The position numbers were made by a program, and so were the translations under genes. Under the pieces are notes generated by a model. The model was given only the letters and a program-made list of their open reading frames with translations. It ran no database searches and was not told the DNA's origin. From an uncultured Bacilli bacterium (GTDB lineage Bacteria; Bacillota_I; Bacilli_A; RF39; UBA660), in contig CAKOIQ010000004.1 of the NCBI GenBank assembly GCA_934086935.1, forward strand, positions 8,117-72,116: a stretch of DNA of 64,000 nucleotides, written 5' to 3'. Shown here piece after piece: positions 49,270-59,074 of the stretch (the first letter of the stretch is position 1; every line of letters starts with the position of its first letter).

Positions 49270-50228
49270 GCAATGTTAAAATAAAAAATCAAATAGTTTT
49301 AGCACCAATGGCCGGAATAAGTAACACAGCTTATAGACAAATAATTAAAGAAATGGGAGCTGGACTAATTTACGCAGAGATGGTTTCTGATAAAGCCATA
49401 GTTTTTGGGAACCAAAAAACATTAGACTTATTAAAAATGGATGAAAAAGAACGCCCAATAGCTCAACAAATATTTGGGAGTGACATCGATTCATTTGTTA
49501 AAGCAGCAAAACTTGTCGAAGAAAAGATGCATCCGGATATAATTGATATTAATATGGGGTGTCCTGTACCTAAAGTTGCCATAAAAAGTCAAGCAGGTAG
49601 TGCATTATTAAAAAATCCAGATTTAATTGAAGATATAGTTAGGGCAGTAGTAAATAACGTTAGTGTTCCTGTAACTGTAAAAATTAGAAGTGGTTGGGAT
49701 GAAAATAATATAAACGCAGTTGAGGTAGCAAGACGCGTAGAAAAAGCGGGAGCTAAGGCAATAACAATACATGGGAGAACTAGAAGTCAAGGATACAGTG
49801 GAAAAGCGGATTGGAATATAATCAAAGCTGTAAAAGAAAGCGTGAAAATCCCAGTTATAGGTAATGGCGATGTGACATCTTGTTTCTTAGCAAAAGAAAT
49901 GCTTGATTATACTGGTTGTGATGCAGTTATGATTGGCAGAGGAGTATTAGGAAATCCCTGGTTAATAAAAGAATGTGTAGAATATTTAGAAAATGGAAAA
50001 CTACCAGAAGAGGTAACACCGCAAGAAAAAATAAATATGTTAAAAAGACATTATAAATTATTACTTGAGTCTTCAAATGAAAAGTTAGCAACATTGGAAA
50101 TTAGAACACATGCACTATGGTATATAAAAGGACTGCCTAAAAGTGCAACTATAAAAAATGAAATTTGTAAAACAAAAAATAGTGAAGAAGTATTCAAAAT
50201 TTTAGATAATTATTTATCTTCACTATAA
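49257..50228 (+). CDS. dusB: tRNA-dihydrouridine synthase
   Basis: LAPMAGISN.AYR, DINMGCP, IHGRTR, VMIGRG.LGNPW. Confidence 0.85.
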   Translation: MWKIGNVKIKNQIVLAPMAGISNTAYRQIIKEMGAGLIYAEMVSDKAIVFGNQKTLDLLKMDEKERPIAQQIFGSDIDSFVKAAKLVEEKMHPDIIDINMGCPVPKVAIKSQAGSALLKNPDLIEDIVRAVVNNVSVPVTVKIRSGWDENNINAVEVARRVEKAGAKAITIHGRTRSQGYSGKADWNIIKAVKESVKIPVIGNGDVTSCFLAKEMLDYTGCDAVMIGRGVLGNPWLIKECVEYLENGKLPEEVTPQEKINMLKRHYKLLLESSNEKLATLEIRTHALWYIKGLPKSATIKNEICKTKNSEEVFKILDNYLSSL

Positions 50229-50300
50229 TAATTGAAATTAGTAATTGAATTCTTTATAAAAATATAATATAATTTATACAAGAATAAAGGAGTGTTACTC

Positions 50301-51002
50301 ATGGATAAAGTTGAAAAAACTAAAAAAGATGAAAAGAAAAAAACAGTAAAAAAATCTTCAGGAACTAAAAGTTCTGTTAAAAAGAAAACAACCACAAAAA
50401 AGCCAAAATCATCCATTACTTTAAATGAAACCGTAAATTTAGAAAATGATAAAACTGAGAATAAAACAGAAGAAGTTGCAATGATTAGTGGCCAAATGTG
50501 TAAATATTGTCATAATTATTTTGAAAAAGGTCTAACCATTTGCCCTCATTGTCGTAAAAGACAAACTAAAAATACAGTTGGATTAACAGTAGCAATTGTA
50601 TTTGGATTAGTTTTTTTACTATTTATTATTACCGGATATTTTGTAGACAAATACGTATTTAGTTCTGTAAATGAGGACGAATATAAAGCTAGTTGCAAAC
50701 TTGTGTCTTATGAAAATTTGATAAGAGTACCTAAAGATTATAAATATGAACATGTAAAAGTAATTGGAACAATAGTTAGCATTACTGGAACTGATGATGG
50801 ATATGGTAATGATATGACAATTGAATTAAATGCAAACCTATTCGAAAATGGCGTTGAACAAATTATTAAAGTAAAATTTAGAGATAAAGATTATAGTCAA
50901 GGGTTTATGCAAGGCGATTTAATAACAGTTTATGGTGAATATACTGCTATTAACGGCAGTGAACCAGAAATAGATGCCGAATTCATAGTATTTGGTAATT
51001 AA
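50301..51002 (+). CDS. Zinc-ribbon membrane protein with Lys-rich N-terminus
   Basis: CKYCHNYF...CPHCRK zinc ribbon, one TM (VGLTVAIVFGLVFLLFIITGYFV), exported C-terminal domain. AAGGAG RBS favours ATG 50301. Confidence 0.45.
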   Translation: MDKVEKTKKDEKKKTVKKSSGTKSSVKKKTTTKKPKSSITLNETVNLENDKTENKTEEVAMISGQMCKYCHNYFEKGLTICPHCRKRQTKNTVGLTVAIVFGLVFLLFIITGYFVDKYVFSSVNEDEYKASCKLVSYENLIRVPKDYKYEHVKVIGTIVSITGTDDGYGNDMTIELNANLFENGVEQIIKVKFRDKDYSQGFMQGDLITVYGEYTAINGSEPEIDAEFIVFGN

Positions 51003-51027
51003 GAATGAGCAATCATTCTTTTTTTAT
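51001..51027 (+). terminator. Intrinsic terminator
   Basis: aagaatga / tcattctt stem, 4-nt loop, T-run. Confidence 0.75.
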
Positions 51028-51075
51028 ATAATTTTTTAAATCTGTGGTAAAATACTAATGCAAAGGAGTATATTC

Positions 51076-53883
51076 ATGGATAAAATAATAATTAAAGGTG
51101 CTAGAGAAAATAATTTAAAAAATATAGATTTAGAAATCCCTAAAAATAAATTAGTAGTAATGACGGGAGTATCAGGTTCAGGAAAAAGTAGCTTAGCCTT
51201 TGATACGATATATGCAGAAGGAGAAAGAAGATATATAGAATCACTAAGTGCATATGCTCGCCAATTTTTAGGAGGGTCAGATAAACCGGATGTAGATTCA
51301 ATCGAAGGATTAAGCCCAAGTATATCTATTGATCAAAAAACAACCAATAACAATCCCAGATCAACAGTTGGAACCGTAACAGAAATTTATGATTATTTAA
51401 GATTATTATTTGCCAGAATCGGTACACCATATTGTCCAATTCATCATAAACCAATAAAAAGTCAAAGTATTGAAGAAATGGTCAATAAGGTATTAGAATT
51501 AGGTGAAGAAACTAAAATAGAAATATTATCTCCAGTTGTACACGGAGAAAAAGGAACCCATCAAGATTTATTTGATGAGTTAAGAAAAAAAGGTTTTACC
51601 AGAGTTAGAGTAAATGGCCAAAACAAAGACTTATCAGAAGAAATAAAACTAGAAAAAAATAAAAAAGACAATATCTATGTTGTCATAGATAGGGTCGTAA
51701 TATTGCCTGAAGAAAGAAGCCGTATCTTTGAAGCAATTGAAATAAGTACTAAAATGGCTGATGGAAAAGTACTAATTCATATTATCGACGGCGAAGAATT
51801 TATCATGAGTGAACATTACGCTTGTCCAGAATGTAATTTCTCACTACCAGAATTAGAACCAAGATTATTTTCATTTAATGCTCCATACGGTGCTTGCCCA
51901 GAATGTAAAGGATTAGGCATTAAACAACATTTAAGTTTAGAACTTTTAATTCCGGATAAAAACAAAAGTATATTAGAAGGCGGAATAAAAGGATTTGGTA
52001 TTGATCAAAACATGGCTTTGACCCAACTAGAAACAGTATGTGATTATTTCAATATTGATTTAACCAAAAAAATTAAAGACTTCACCAAAGAGGAACTAAA
52101 TATAATTTTATATGGAACAAATAAAGTATTAGATTATGAATATATAAGTAAAAACGGAAATAAAAGATATGTTAAAGATACTTATGAAGGTATTGTAAAT
52201 AATTATGAAAGAAGATATATAGAAACAAACAGTAAATGGATAAGAGACTGGCTTGGAACATTTATGGTTAATCAAGCTTGTCCTAAATGCCATGGTGCAA
52301 GATTAAATGACAATGTATTAGCAGTAAAAATAAATCATAAAAATATTTTTGAAGTATGTAATTATTCAATCAAAGAATTATCCGATTTCATGAATAATTT
52401 AAAATTAACTGCTGAACAAGAACAAATTAGTAATCTTATAGTTAAAGAAATTAAAAATAGATTAACATTCTTAATAAACGTTGGTTTAGATTACTTAACA
52501 TTATCAAGAGAAGCATCAACCTTATCAGGTGGTGAATCACAAAGAATAAGATTAGCAACACAAATAGGAAGCAAGCTAACAGGAGTTTTATATGTTCTGG
52601 ATGAGCCAAGCATCGGACTTCATCAAAAAGACAATGATAGATTAATCAATTCTTTAAAAGAAATGCGTGATTTAGGCAACACATTAATAGTTGTTGAGCA
52701 TGATGAAGATACAATGAGAGCAGCAGACTTTCTAGTTGATGTCGGTCCAGGTCCGGGTTCTGAAGGAGGATATATAGTTGCTAAAGGAACTCCAGAAGAA
52801 GTAATGAAAAACAAAAATAGTTTAACCGGAAAATATTTAAGTGGGGAGTTAAAAATAGAAGTACCAGCAAAAAGAAGACAAGGTAACGGAAAATACATTG
52901 AAATAAAAGGTGCTAAAGAAAACAATTTAAAAAACATCAACGTTAAAATCCCACTAGGTACCATGACTCTCGTAACCGGAGTTTCAGGTTCAGGAAAAAG
53001 TACTTTAGTAAATGAAATACTTCTTAAAGCACTAAGAAGCAAAGTCTACGGAACAATGGTTATTCCAGGTAAACATAAAGAAATAAAAGGAATAGAAGAA
53101 ATAGATAAAGTAGTTGATATTTCTCAGGACCCAATAGGCAGAACCCCTCGAAGCAATCCAGCTACATATGTAGGAGTGTTCGATGATATTAGAGATTTAT
53201 TTGCCGAAATGAAAGAATCTAAAATAAAAGGCTATGATAAAGGAAGATTCTCATTTAATGTAAAAGGTGGAAGATGTGAAGCATGTTGGGGTGATGGTGT
53301 TAAAAAAATAGAAATGCATTTCTTGCCAGATGTTTACGTCCCTTGCGATGTATGTCACGGAACAAGATATAACTCAGAAACTCTAGAGGTAAAATATAAA
53401 GGGAAAAATATTTCAGAAGTATTGGATATGCGCGTACAAGAAGCCTTAGAATTCTTTAGTGCAAGCCCTAAAATCAAGAATAAATTACAAACAATGGTAG
53501 ATGTTGGATTATCATATATAAAATTAGGACAAAGCGCTCCAACTCTATCTGGAGGAGAAGCCGCAAGAGTCAAATTAGCAAAAGAATTACAAAAAAAACC
53601 AACCGGAAAAAGTGTCTTTATCTTAGATGAACCAACAACAGGACTACATACTGACGACATCAAAAAATTATTAGTTATTTTACAAAGAATAGTAGATAAT
53701 GGCGATACAGTTATAATAATTGAACATAACTTAGACGTTATAAAATGTGCCGATTACATAATTGACCTTGGACCAAATGGTGGTTCTGGTGGTGGCAAAA
53801 TAGTAGCAACAGGCACACCAGAACAAGTTGCCAAAAATAAAGATTCGTACACAGGACAATATTTAATTAGCAAATTAAAATAA
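51076..53883 (+). CDS. uvrA: Excinuclease ABC subunit A
   Basis: IIIKGARENNLKNIDLEIP, two Walker A (GVSGSGKSS / GVSGSGKST), Zn modules, LSGGE signatures. AAAGGAG RBS favours ATG 51076. Confidence 0.95.
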   Translation: MDKIIIKGARENNLKNIDLEIPKNKLVVMTGVSGSGKSSLAFDTIYAEGERRYIESLSAYARQFLGGSDKPDVDSIEGLSPSISIDQKTTNNNPRSTVGTVTEIYDYLRLLFARIGTPYCPIHHKPIKSQSIEEMVNKVLELGEETKIEILSPVVHGEKGTHQDLFDELRKKGFTRVRVNGQNKDLSEEIKLEKNKKDNIYVVIDRVVILPEERSRIFEAIEISTKMADGKVLIHIIDGEEFIMSEHYACPECNFSLPELEPRLFSFNAPYGACPECKGLGIKQHLSLELLIPDKNKSILEGGIKGFGIDQNMALTQLETVCDYFNIDLTKKIKDFTKEELNIILYGTNKVLDYEYISKNGNKRYVKDTYEGIVNNYERRYIETNSKWIRDWLGTFMVNQACPKCHGARLNDNVLAVKINHKNIFEVCNYSIKELSDFMNNLKLTAEQEQISNLIVKEIKNRLTFLINVGLDYLTLSREASTLSGGESQRIRLATQIGSKLTGVLYVLDEPSIGLHQKDNDRLINSLKEMRDLGNTLIVVEHDEDTMRAADFLVDVGPGPGSEGGYIVAKGTPEEVMKNKNSLTGKYLSGELKIEVPAKRRQGNGKYIEIKGAKENNLKNINVKIPLGTMTLVTGVSGSGKSTLVNEILLKALRSKVYGTMVIPGKHKEIKGIEEIDKVVDISQDPIGRTPRSNPATYVGVFDDIRDLFAEMKESKIKGYDKGRFSFNVKGGRCEACWGDGVKKIEMHFLPDVYVPCDVCHGTRYNSETLEVKYKGKNISEVLDMRVQEALEFFSASPKIKNKLQTMVDVGLSYIKLGQSAPTLSGGEAARVKLAKELQKKPTGKSVFILDEPTTGLHTDDIKKLLVILQRIVDNGDTVIIIEHNLDVIKCADYIIDLGPNGGSGGGKIVATGTPEQVAKNKDSYTGQYLISKLK

Positions 53884-53952
53884 TTGACATTTAACACTTA
53901 TATCAATTGCTAAACACAAAAAATAATTATATAATTAAAATAGGTGATCAAA

Positions 53953-54354
53953 ATGACTATTTATAGTGAACAAAAAAGCATGAAATATGCTCTAATCGAG
54001 TGGATACTAACATTACTAATTAATTCTGCAGTTTTAGTACTAGCTTCAAAAATTTTTAAAGGATTTTATATCAGTTCATTTGGATATGCAATTATAACAT
54101 CAATAGTTATAATGATATTAAATAGTACAGTCAAACCCCTTTTTAAATTACTATCATTGCCAATAACAGTTATGTCCTTAGGACTTTTATATCCAATAAA
54201 CAATGTAATAATATTAAAATTAGCTTCATTAATTATGGGATCTGCATTTGTTGTAGAAGGATGGTTCGTACCATTTTTCATTTCAATATTTATCTCTTTC
54301 GCTAATATCTTATTAGATTCAATCATTACTAAAACTATAGTAGGTACAAGATGA
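53953..54354 (+). CDS. Phage_holin_4_2 / YvlD-like small membrane protein
   Basis: FKGFYISSFGYAIITSIVIMILNSTVKPLFKLLSLPITVMSLGLLYPINNVI matches the family pattern, with 4 TM segments. Confidence 0.6.
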   Translation: MTIYSEQKSMKYALIEWILTLLINSAVLVLASKIFKGFYISSFGYAIITSIVIMILNSTVKPLFKLLSLPITVMSLGLLYPINNVIILKLASLIMGSAFVVEGWFVPFFISIFISFANILLDSIITKTIVGTR

Positions 54355-55166
54355 ATCCAGTGATATTTACAATCGGAAACTTTGAACTTAGATGCTACTC
54401 ACTTTTAATGCTAATAGCTGTAATAACATGTTTATATTTAATTAAAAAAGAAGCAAATAGATTTAATATAAAACCCGATTTTATCTTTAATATGTGTTTT
54501 TGGACAATAATATTCGGTTTCATCTGTGCTAGATTATACTATGTCATGTTCAATTGGAATTACTATTCAAAAAATATATCTGAGATTTTACAAATATGGA
54601 AAGGCGGCTTAGCAATCCATGGTGGACTTATTGGTGGATTGCTAACTATATTTTTCTATACCAAAAGATATGGTACCAGAACAATTAGATATACCGATTT
54701 TATATGTGTGCCATTACTATTAGGTCAAGCTATAGGTAGATGGGGTAATTTCTTTAATGGAGAAGCACATGGAGTTGCAACAACATTAGAACATTTACAA
54801 AAATTACATATACCAGAATTTATAATAAAAGGAATGAAAATAGAAGGAATCTATTATACACCAACTTTTTTATACGAATCATTAGCCTGTTTTATCTTAT
54901 TTATATTATTTCTTTTCATAAGAAGAGGCCCATACAGAAAAGTTGGCACTATGACTGCATTATACTTGGTAGGATATGGAACCATACGATTCTTTATTGA
55001 AGCAAGTAGAACAGATGCTTTAATGTTAGCAGGATTCAAAATAGCCCAAATAGTATCATTAACCATGATAGTTATAGGCATAGTAATGCTAATGATAAAT
55101 AAAAGAAAAAGTAAATTTGAAGATTTATATAATGATAGTAACAACGTTGACAAAATCAACTTTTAG
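54351..55166 (+). CDS. lgt: Prolipoprotein diacylglyceryl transferase
   Basis: WKGGLAIHGGLIGG, GRWGNFFNGEAHG. Confidence 0.9.
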   Translation: MNPVIFTIGNFELRCYSLLMLIAVITCLYLIKKEANRFNIKPDFIFNMCFWTIIFGFICARLYYVMFNWNYYSKNISEILQIWKGGLAIHGGLIGGLLTIFFYTKRYGTRTIRYTDFICVPLLLGQAIGRWGNFFNGEAHGVATTLEHLQKLHIPEFIIKGMKIEGIYYTPTFLYESLACFILFILFLFIRRGPYRKVGTMTALYLVGYGTIRFFIEASRTDALMLAGFKIAQIVSLTMIVIGIVMLMINKRKSKFEDLYNDSNNVDKINF

Positions 55167-55175
55167 GAGAATAAA

Positions 55176-56057
55176 ATGTATGATTTAATAATAATAGGAC
55201 TAGGTCCAGCCGGTATAAATGCCTGCATATATGCCAAAAGGAGTAACTTAAACGTTTTAGTTATCGAAAGAGGTATGCCAGGAGGTACACTTCATAATAT
55301 AAAAGAAGTGGAAAACTACCTAGGTTATGAACATATTAACGGTTCAGATTTAGCAATGCAATTTTATAAACAATTTAAAGATTTAAAAATACCTATGGTA
55401 AATGAAGAAGTGCAAAATATCGAAATAGAAGATGACATAAAAATTATAAAGACTAGCCAAGGAATTTATAAATCCAAAGCCATAATTATTGCAACTGGTA
55501 GAGGACCATTAAAACTAAATATATCTAATGAAACATTACCTGGTGTGAGTTATTGTACATTATGCGATGGAAGTTTATATAAAAATAAAGTTGTCGCTTT
55601 ATATAGCTCTAATCCAAGAGGCTTAGAAGATGCAATTTATTTATCAGGTTTAGTACAAAAATTATACTTAATAACCAACAAACCAAAATTATTAGGCTCA
55701 AAAGAATTAATTGAAAAGGTTAATTCATTGGAAAATATAGAAATATTTTTTAACCAAAATATCCATGAAATAAACGGTAATATAAAAATTGAAAGTATAA
55801 AACTAAATGAAATATCATTAAAAATTGACGGATTGTTTATAAACAATGAATATGGACCGATAACTTACTTTGTAAAAGATTTAGGCATTACAGATGAAAA
55901 AGGTTATATTCTAGTTGATTCCCATCAACAAACGCAAATTGCTGGTTTATTCGCGTGTGGTGATAATACAAAAAAAGAAATATATCAAATCATTACAGCT
56001 GCAAGTGAAGGAGCCAGTGCTGCTATAAACGCATATAAATATATAAAAAACATATAA
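55176..56057 (+). CDS. Thioredoxin-reductase-like flavoprotein lacking NADPH-binding motifs
   Basis: FAD GxGxxG (IIGLGPAG), redox CTLC-DG (55554-65), GD motif (FACGDN). At the GGGNSA and HRRxxxR positions it reads YSSNPRG and TNKPKLL. Confidence 0.7.
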   Translation: MYDLIIIGLGPAGINACIYAKRSNLNVLVIERGMPGGTLHNIKEVENYLGYEHINGSDLAMQFYKQFKDLKIPMVNEEVQNIEIEDDIKIIKTSQGIYKSKAIIIATGRGPLKLNISNETLPGVSYCTLCDGSLYKNKVVALYSSNPRGLEDAIYLSGLVQKLYLITNKPKLLGSKELIEKVNSLENIEIFFNQNIHEINGNIKIESIKLNEISLKIDGLFINNEYGPITYFVKDLGITDEKGYILVDSHQQTQIAGLFACGDNTKKEIYQIITAASEGASAAINAYKYIKNI

Positions 56058-56081
56058 AAGATACCAAGTGTATCTTTTTTT
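56057..56081 (+). terminator. Intrinsic terminator
   Basis: aaagatac / gtatcttt stem, 5-nt loop, T-run. Confidence 0.75.
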
Positions 56082-56082
56082 C

Positions 56083-56110
56083 ACATTTATATAATTTAAT
56101 ACATAAAATA
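56083..56110 (+). promoter_or_regulatory. Sigma-K-like promoter match upstream of the collagen-like gene
   Basis: AC (56083-84), 17 nt, CATAaaaTA (56102-10), matching AC-N16/17-CATAnnnTA. AT-rich context makes a chance match plausible. Confidence 0.3.
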
Positions 56111-56125
56111 TATAGAGGTGAAATA

Positions 56126-56926
56126 ATGAACGATTGTAATAATGAATTAGGTTGTTGCTATACTTTCTGTGCACCACCAGGCCCAACAGGCCCAACTGGT
56201 CCACAAGGTATTCAAGGACCACAAGGAATACAAGGAATTCAAGGAATTGCAGGAGCAACAGGTCCACAAGGTCTAGCAGGTGCAACCGGAGCCACTGGTC
56301 CTCAAGGAGCAACAGGCCCAACCGGAGCAACAGGTCCACAAGGTCTAGCAGGTGCAACCGGAGCTACTGGTCCACAAGGAGCAACAGGCCCAACCGGAGC
56401 AACAGGTCCACAAGGAGCAACAGGCCCAACTGGAGCTACTGGTCCACAAGGTCTAGCAGGTGCAACCGGAGCAACAGGTGCAACCGGAGCCACTGGTCCT
56501 CAAGGAATAACAGGTGCAACCGGAGCTACTGGTCCTCAAGGAGCAACAGGTCCAACTGGAGCAACAGGTCCAACTGGAGCTACTGGTCCTCAAGGAATAA
56601 CAGGTCCAACTGGAGATACTGGTCCCCAAGGAATAACAGGTCCAACTGGAGCCACTGGTCCTCAAGGAGTAACAGGCCCAACCGGAGCAACAGGACCAAC
56701 CGGTCCAACTGGTGCCCAAGGTGAAGCAGGTGAAACACCAACTTTATCAATTGGAACAATATCAACTGGAGAACCAGGAACTCAAGCAACTGCATCTATA
56801 ACCGGAACTGCTCCAAACTATTTCTTAAATTTAACAATTCCACAGGGTCCAACAGGTCCAACCGGTCCAACAGGTCCAACCGGTCCAACAGGTCCAACCG
56901 GTCCAACAGGTCCACAAGGAATATAA
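56126..56926 (+). CDS. Collagen-like triple-helix repeat protein (BclA-like, Thr-rich GXY)
   Basis: [18 protein letters not shown], then 62 uninterrupted GXY triplets (mostly GPT/GAT/GPQ), a 36-aa non-collagen insert, then (GPT)7-GPQ-GI-stop. Confidence 0.85.
   Translation: MNDCNNELGCCYTFCAPPGPTGPTGPQGIQGPQGIQGIQGIAGATGPQGLAGATGATGPQGATGPTGATGPQGLAGATGATGPQGATGPTGATGPQGATGPTGATGPQGLAGATGATGATGATGPQGITGATGATGPQGATGPTGATGPTGATGPQGITGPTGDTGPQGITGPTGATGPQGVTGPTGATGPTGPTGAQGEAGETPTLSIGTISTGEPGTQATASITGTAPNYFLNLTIPQGPTGPTGPTGPTGPTGPTGPTGPQGI
56180..56737 (+). repeat. Coding tandem repeat: 62 GXY triplets with higher-order 36/72-nt units
   Basis: Repeated [24 protein letters not shown] blocks are visible at both DNA and protein level. 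Confidence 0.85.
56846..56923 (+). repeat. Coding 18-nt tandem repeat (ggtccaacaggtccaacc)n encoding the (GPT)n tail
   Basis: Direct reading of the sequence. Confidence 0.9.
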
Positions 56927-56931
56927 AATAG

Positions 56932-58002
56932 ATGAAAATAATAGTATATGCTATTACTAAAAATGAGTCTAAGTTTATAGAGCGTTGGTATAATTCTATG
57001 AAAGAAGCAGATGATATCTATGTATTAGATACCGGATCTTCTGACAATACAGTTGAATTATTAAAAAAATTAAATGTGCATGTAAAGCAAGAAATCATAA
57101 ATCCATGGAGATTTGATGTTGCTAGAAATAAATCTCTAGAAATGGTTCCTGATGATGTTGACATCTGTGTCTGTACAGATTTAGATGAAATATTTGCACC
57201 GGGTTGGCGTAAACAACTTGAAGAAAACTTTAAAAATGCCAATAGATGCCGTTACAATTATATTTGGTCTTTTGACAAGTATGGGAATCCCGCTGTTAAT
57301 TTCTATCAAGAAAAAATTCACTCACGTAAAGGTTATACCTGGGTTAATCCAGTTCACGAAGTATTAAAATGTTCACTTAATGGTGAAAAAATTGTAACCT
57401 TAGATGGAATAACATTAAAACATTATCCTGATAGTACTAAATCTAGATCTAGTTACTTGCCACTTCTAGAACTTGCTGTCAAAGAAGACCCTAACAATGA
57501 TCGCAACATGCATTATCTCGGTAGAGAATACATGTTTTATGAAAAATATGAAGAAGCAATTAAAACTTTAAAGAAACATCTATCAATGCCTACAAGTACA
57601 TGGGATGAAGAAAGATGTGCTTCTGAAAGATTTATATCAAGATGTTACACAATGCTTAATAATTTACCTGAAGCTTTAAAACATGCTTTAAGATCAATTA
57701 GTGAATGTTCCACTAAAAGAGAATCTTATTTTGAAACTGCTTATGTGTATTATCTTATGAAGAATTATAAAGCATCTAAATCTTATCTACTCATGTGTTT
57801 AAATCAAAATAATAATAATAAGTCATATATTAATGATCCAGCTTGTTATAATGGCACTGTAGAAGATTTATTAAGTGTTTGTGAATATTATTTAGGTAAT
57901 TACAAAACGTCTCTTAAATGGTCTGAAAAGGCCCTAAAACTAGATCCAGAAAATCTAAGAATAATTAATAATAAAGAGTTAATATTAAAAAAAATATATT
58001 AA
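56932..58002 (+). CDS. Family-2-like glycosyltransferase with C-terminal TPR-like helical repeats
   Basis: [21 protein letters not shown]...[11 protein letters not shown]...CTDLDE (DxD). C-terminal [22 protein letters not shown]... repeats. Starts 5 nt after the collagen-like stop. Confidence 0.65.
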   Translation: MKIIVYAITKNESKFIERWYNSMKEADDIYVLDTGSSDNTVELLKKLNVHVKQEIINPWRFDVARNKSLEMVPDDVDICVCTDLDEIFAPGWRKQLEENFKNANRCRYNYIWSFDKYGNPAVNFYQEKIHSRKGYTWVNPVHEVLKCSLNGEKIVTLDGITLKHYPDSTKSRSSYLPLLELAVKEDPNNDRNMHYLGREYMFYEKYEEAIKTLKKHLSMPTSTWDEERCASERFISRCYTMLNNLPEALKHALRSISECSTKRESYFETAYVYYLMKNYKASKSYLLMCLNQNNNNKSYINDPACYNGTVEDLLSVCEYYLGNYKTSLKWSEKALKLDPENLRIINNKELILKKIY

Positions 58003-58049
58003 CTCTTTTATTTTACTTTTAATTAAAAATGTGTTATATTTTTCCCGTG

Positions 58050-58406
58050 ATGACTATGCAAAACTTAATAATGGCATACCTTGGAGATGCAGTTTACGAA
58101 TTATATATAAGAGAATTTTTAATATCAAAGGGAATCTCTAATGTAAATGATTTACAAAAAGAATCTTTAAAATATGTTTCAGCAACATCTCAAAGAAATA
58201 TACTAGAAAAATTAATAAATAATAACTATCTAACTGAAGAAGAATTAGAAATAATTCGAAAAGGACGAAATGCTTCTAGCCACAAAAGTAAATCAACAGA
58301 TATAGTTACATATCATAAATCAACAGGATTTGAATGCCTAATTGGCTATTTATATCAAAATAATAAAAAACGTTTAGACGAAATAATGAAAGGAATCTTA
58401 ATATGA
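58050..58406 (+). CDS. mrnC: Mini-ribonuclease 3
   Basis: AYLGDAVYELYIREFL, ATSQ, RGRNA motifs. Extended -10 TGtTATATT at 58032-40 argues against track start 58029; the start could be 58047, 58050 or 58056. Confidence 0.7.
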   Translation: MTMQNLIMAYLGDAVYELYIREFLISKGISNVNDLQKESLKYVSATSQRNILEKLINNNYLTEEELEIIRKGRNASSHKSKSTDIVTYHKSTGFECLIGYLYQNNKKRLDEIMKGILI

Positions 58407-59074
58407 GAGTATGTGGAAAAAATGTTTTCAATGAAACCGATAAAAGTAAAATAAAAAAAGTATATCTTAGTTCTAACTTTAAAGATCAAGAAATTATTCA
58501 AACTATCAAAAAATATAACTTAAAATATGTTAATACTGACCCTAAAGTATTAGATAAAATGTTACCAAACAATCAAGGCATTATTATTGAGATATATGAT
58601 TACGTATATGGAACTTTAGATGATATAACTGATGATACTTTTGTAGTAATGTTAGATCATCTAGAAGATCCTCATAACTTTGGAGCAATTATTCGTTCAT
58701 GTGAAGCTAAAGGTATTAAAAATATAATTATTCCTAAAGACCGTTCTGTACTAGTTAATGAAACTGTTATGAAAACCAGCACTGGCGCTATCTCAAGAGT
58801 AAACATCATAATGGTCAATAATTTAGTAAACGCTATTAACAAATTAAAAGAAAAAGGCTTCTTTGTTTATGCTGCTGAATCTGATGGAGAAGATTATCGT
58901 AAAGTTTCTTACGCTGATAAAGTATGTTTAATTATTGGCTCAGAAGGATTCGGAGTAAGTCAATTAGTAAAAAAGAATAGTGATTTAATTATAAGTATCC
59001 CAATGCAAGGTAAAGTAAATTCATTAAATGCTTCCGTTTCAGCTGGTATATTAATCTTTGGAATAGGTGAATAA
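58403..59074 (+). CDS. rlmB: TrmH/SpoU-family 23S rRNA 2'-O-methyltransferase (RlmB/YacO-like)
   Basis: LEDPHNFGAIIRS, IGSEGFGVS, IPMQGKVNSLNASVSAGILIF. Confidence 0.8.
   Translation: MRVCGKNVFNETDKSKIKKVYLSSNFKDQEIIQTIKKYNLKYVNTDPKVLDKMLPNNQGIIIEIYDYVYGTLDDITDDTFVVMLDHLEDPHNFGAIIRSCEAKGIKNIIIPKDRSVLVNETVMKTSTGAISRVNIIMVNNLVNAINKLKEKGFFVYAAESDGEDYRKVSYADKVCLIIGSEGFGVSQLVKKNSDLIISIPMQGKVNSLNASVSAGILIFGIGE

Noticed and set aside
55947-56795. Five additional long ORFs in other frames and on the opposite strand across the collagen-like gene (56152..56724 +, 55947..56357 -, 56302..56493 -, 56453..56719 -, 56580..56795 -).
   Set aside because: They translate to low-complexity RSNRSN, LLDLVD or PVAPVA strings. 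These are the automatic by-product of a GGN-CCN-ACN triplet repeat that lacks stop codons in all frames. Only the GXY frame has an RBS, an ATG and a sensible N-terminus.
56846-56923. Regularly spaced 18-nt direct repeats that could superficially suggest a CRISPR-like or minisatellite array.
   Set aside because: The repeats are contiguous with no spacers, lie in frame inside a CDS, and encode (GPT)n.
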